64,000 nucleotides of DNA from Balanoglossus misakiensis (Eukaryota > Animalia > Hemichordata): the NCBI GenBank assembly GCA_040954595.2, contig CM082578.2, positions 3,764,831-3,828,830 of the forward strand. The letters run 5' to 3'. The position numbers and the translations under genes were made by a program. The notes below the pieces were generated by a model. It ran no database searches, was not told the origin of the DNA, and worked only from the letters and a program-made list of their open reading frames with translations. Below are positions 61,851 through 64,000 of this stretch, in pieces; position 1 is the stretch's first letter, and each line of letters starts with the position of its first letter.

Positions 61851-63390
61851 TTTTTTCTCCTTGAAGAGAGGGGTACGCCAAGGATGCCCCCTTAGTGCGT
61901 TGCTTTTTGTTACTTGTGTGGAAGTTTTGGCATGTAAAATTCGTCAATGCCCTGATATAGAAGGTATACAATTGCCATGTCAAAATTATAGTAGGAATGT
62001 GGTTAAAATTGCACAGATGGCCGATGATACCACTCTATTTCTGAAAGATGAAAAGTCTATTAGAAAAGTTCTTGGTGTATTAGAAGATTTCGAAAAGTTG
62101 TCTGGGTTGAAAGTGAACAAAGAGAAAACAGAAGGTGTTTGGCTTGGTAAAAATAGATCATGTAAGAAACATAATATGGGTTTGAAATGGACTGATCAAC
62201 CAGTTAAAGCGCTTGGAGTCTGGTTTGGATATGATCATTCGAAATGCGAGCGGTTGAATTGGGAACCAAAAGTGGCTAAATTTGAGAAAGTCTTGAATTC
62301 ATGGGGCAAGAGAGATTTAACGTTTTACGGAAAAGTGTTGATAAAGAGTTCGCTTGCATTATCACAATTATCATATCTAGCATCAATGATTGATGTACCA
62401 GAGCGCGTGATTAAACAAATCGACAGGTTAATTTACAATTTTATTTCAAAGGGTCTGGGTAAAATGGCCAGAAATGTATTAGCGGGACCATTAAACGAAG
62501 GAGGTTGTAACATGCCCATTTTTAAATGGAAAGTGGTTGCATTCAAGTTTATGTGGATTGTGCGTTTAACAAACTGTAAAAATGCATGTTGGAAGAACTA
62601 CCCTCTTTATTTATTTGACCCATTTTCTGATTTTTCAATTCTTAGAGATGTACTTTCAAATAGTAGAATTTCAAGAGAACCTTTTGTCTCAAGATTGCCA
62701 GTCTTTTATCAACAGGTCTTAAAAGCATGGAACTTTATCCCACCCCGTAAAGATACAGTCAGCACCATTTTGTGGAATTGCAAATATAATGTTTTTATTT
62801 ATCTTAAACGAAATGTAAATTATATTGAAATTAAGAATAAGAGAGTGAAATTAATGAAATTGAAAACAAAAGATGTGTACAGATTTTTAGTAAACCGTAT
62901 TGCACAACCAGCCAGCACATTGACCTGGCAGCACGAGTTCGGACAAATTATAGATTTAAAGAATGCTTGGTCATTAGCTTACAGAGTAACAAAGGAGAAC
63001 AAATTAAGAGCGTTTCATTGGAAATTTTTGCATAAGAAATGTATAAATAATGTAAAATTGTATCGTTGGAAAATTAGAGAAAATGCCCATTGCGTGTTTT
63101 GTAATGTAGATGACACAACTCGCCATCGCTATTTTGAGTGTACCATCGCCAAAGAAGTATGGCAAATCGTAGAAAATATTGGACATAGGTTGAATGGCTG
63201 GCACAAGGCTTTGAGTTGGCAATATATTGTATATGACTTTGAAAAGAACGATAACTTAGATGAGATGAACCTTTTAATTTTGATTGCTAAATGGTCTATT
63301 CACAAGTTTCACTGTATGGAATTACATAAAGCTCGTTTGTATAATCTTGTACAGAATGAACTGAAAATTCGAATGTGTAATTTATTGTAG
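61851..63390 (+). CDS. LINE ORF2 RT C-terminal half
   Basis: RGVRQGCPLS, QMADDTT, SGLKVNKEKT, KALGV, LTFYGK, EGGC, CVFC..HRYFEC. Confidence 0.88.
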
Positions 63391-64000
63391 ATGTCAAATG
63401 TTTACGTGTACACAGCGTTAGATCACTCTGTAATGTTGTTGTTGTTGTTGTTGTTGTTGTTCTTTTTTCCTGAAGAGATAATAAAAGATGTTAAAAAAAA
63501 AACAAGTGTTGATCATCAAATCAAAAGGTATCATGCTTACCTTTGCTGTCAATTAAATGTCGTTCATCATGGAGTAACGATTTATGGGTCACATCTCCCT
63601 CCAGATAGTTGGCAATATCCTCAACAATGTCAGCGTATGCAGTGCTGCTATGCCGCACGGACCGAGCAAATATGTAGTTTCTGTAATGTTAATGAATTAT
63701 CATTATGCAACATTAACAGAGGGTTGTTTCTTTCTCTTAATATGCGATATTTCGTCGATGCTTACAGATTGTTTTTCAGGAACACACTGAAATTGAGCGG
63801 TGGTGGGCTTTGATCGTATTAGGAAACTTTCCAATGATCTTGTCTTGAGTAACTAACATTGCATCAAAACCAATGAAAACTCACAAAAGAAGCAAACATC
63901 GGTTTTACTATGCACTGCATATATTTTTTCATGTATACGACAACATCATTTGATGTTGGAAATCACTTTGTTTGCATTCCCAATGCTCAGGTAACTTGGG

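Larger units (their letters stand above)
54690..63503 (+). mobile_element. L1/Tx1-clade LINE interrupted by an Ngaro element
   Basis: ORF1 with three CCHC knuckles, APE, RT C-terminal half with C-terminal Cys/His motif, AATAAA and A-tail at about 63480-63503. Confidence 0.9.

Overview
Eukaryotic (invertebrate-animal-like, intron-containing) genomic window that is mostly transposable elements, many nested. Host-type genes: the last exons of a GPS/GAIN-motif (PKD1-like or adhesion-receptor-like) gene at 256-716; an ACSF2-like acyl-CoA ligase with an intronless CDS (19711-21384, -) plus a decayed tandem duplicate; a small secreted PAN/Apple-domain gene with a decayed paralogous fragment; and a broken BEN-domain ORF. 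Mobile elements: a complete-bounded Gypsy-type LTR element (2003-10271, -; 184-bp LTRs, TAAG TSD) lacking RT/RNase H/integrase but carrying an HhH-Gag, a protease and a zinc-finger plus TatD-nuclease-like cargo ORF; two L1/Tx1 LINEs split by insertions; two L2/CR1-group LINEs; an RTE-X-like LINE; a Gypsy 3' remnant; a Harbinger-group DNA transposon whose right TIR is interrupted by an apparently intact ISL2EU element; an Ngaro-type tyrosine-recombinase retrotransposon; AcademH-like, Kolobok-like and foldback MITEs; and two P-element-type excision footprints. Most notable: the TatD-like cargo in the LTR element, and ISL2EU 479-bp TIRs that appear to supply the same first coding exon (MAAKM) to both convergent genes. 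All calls come from reading the sequence by eye; no database searches were run.
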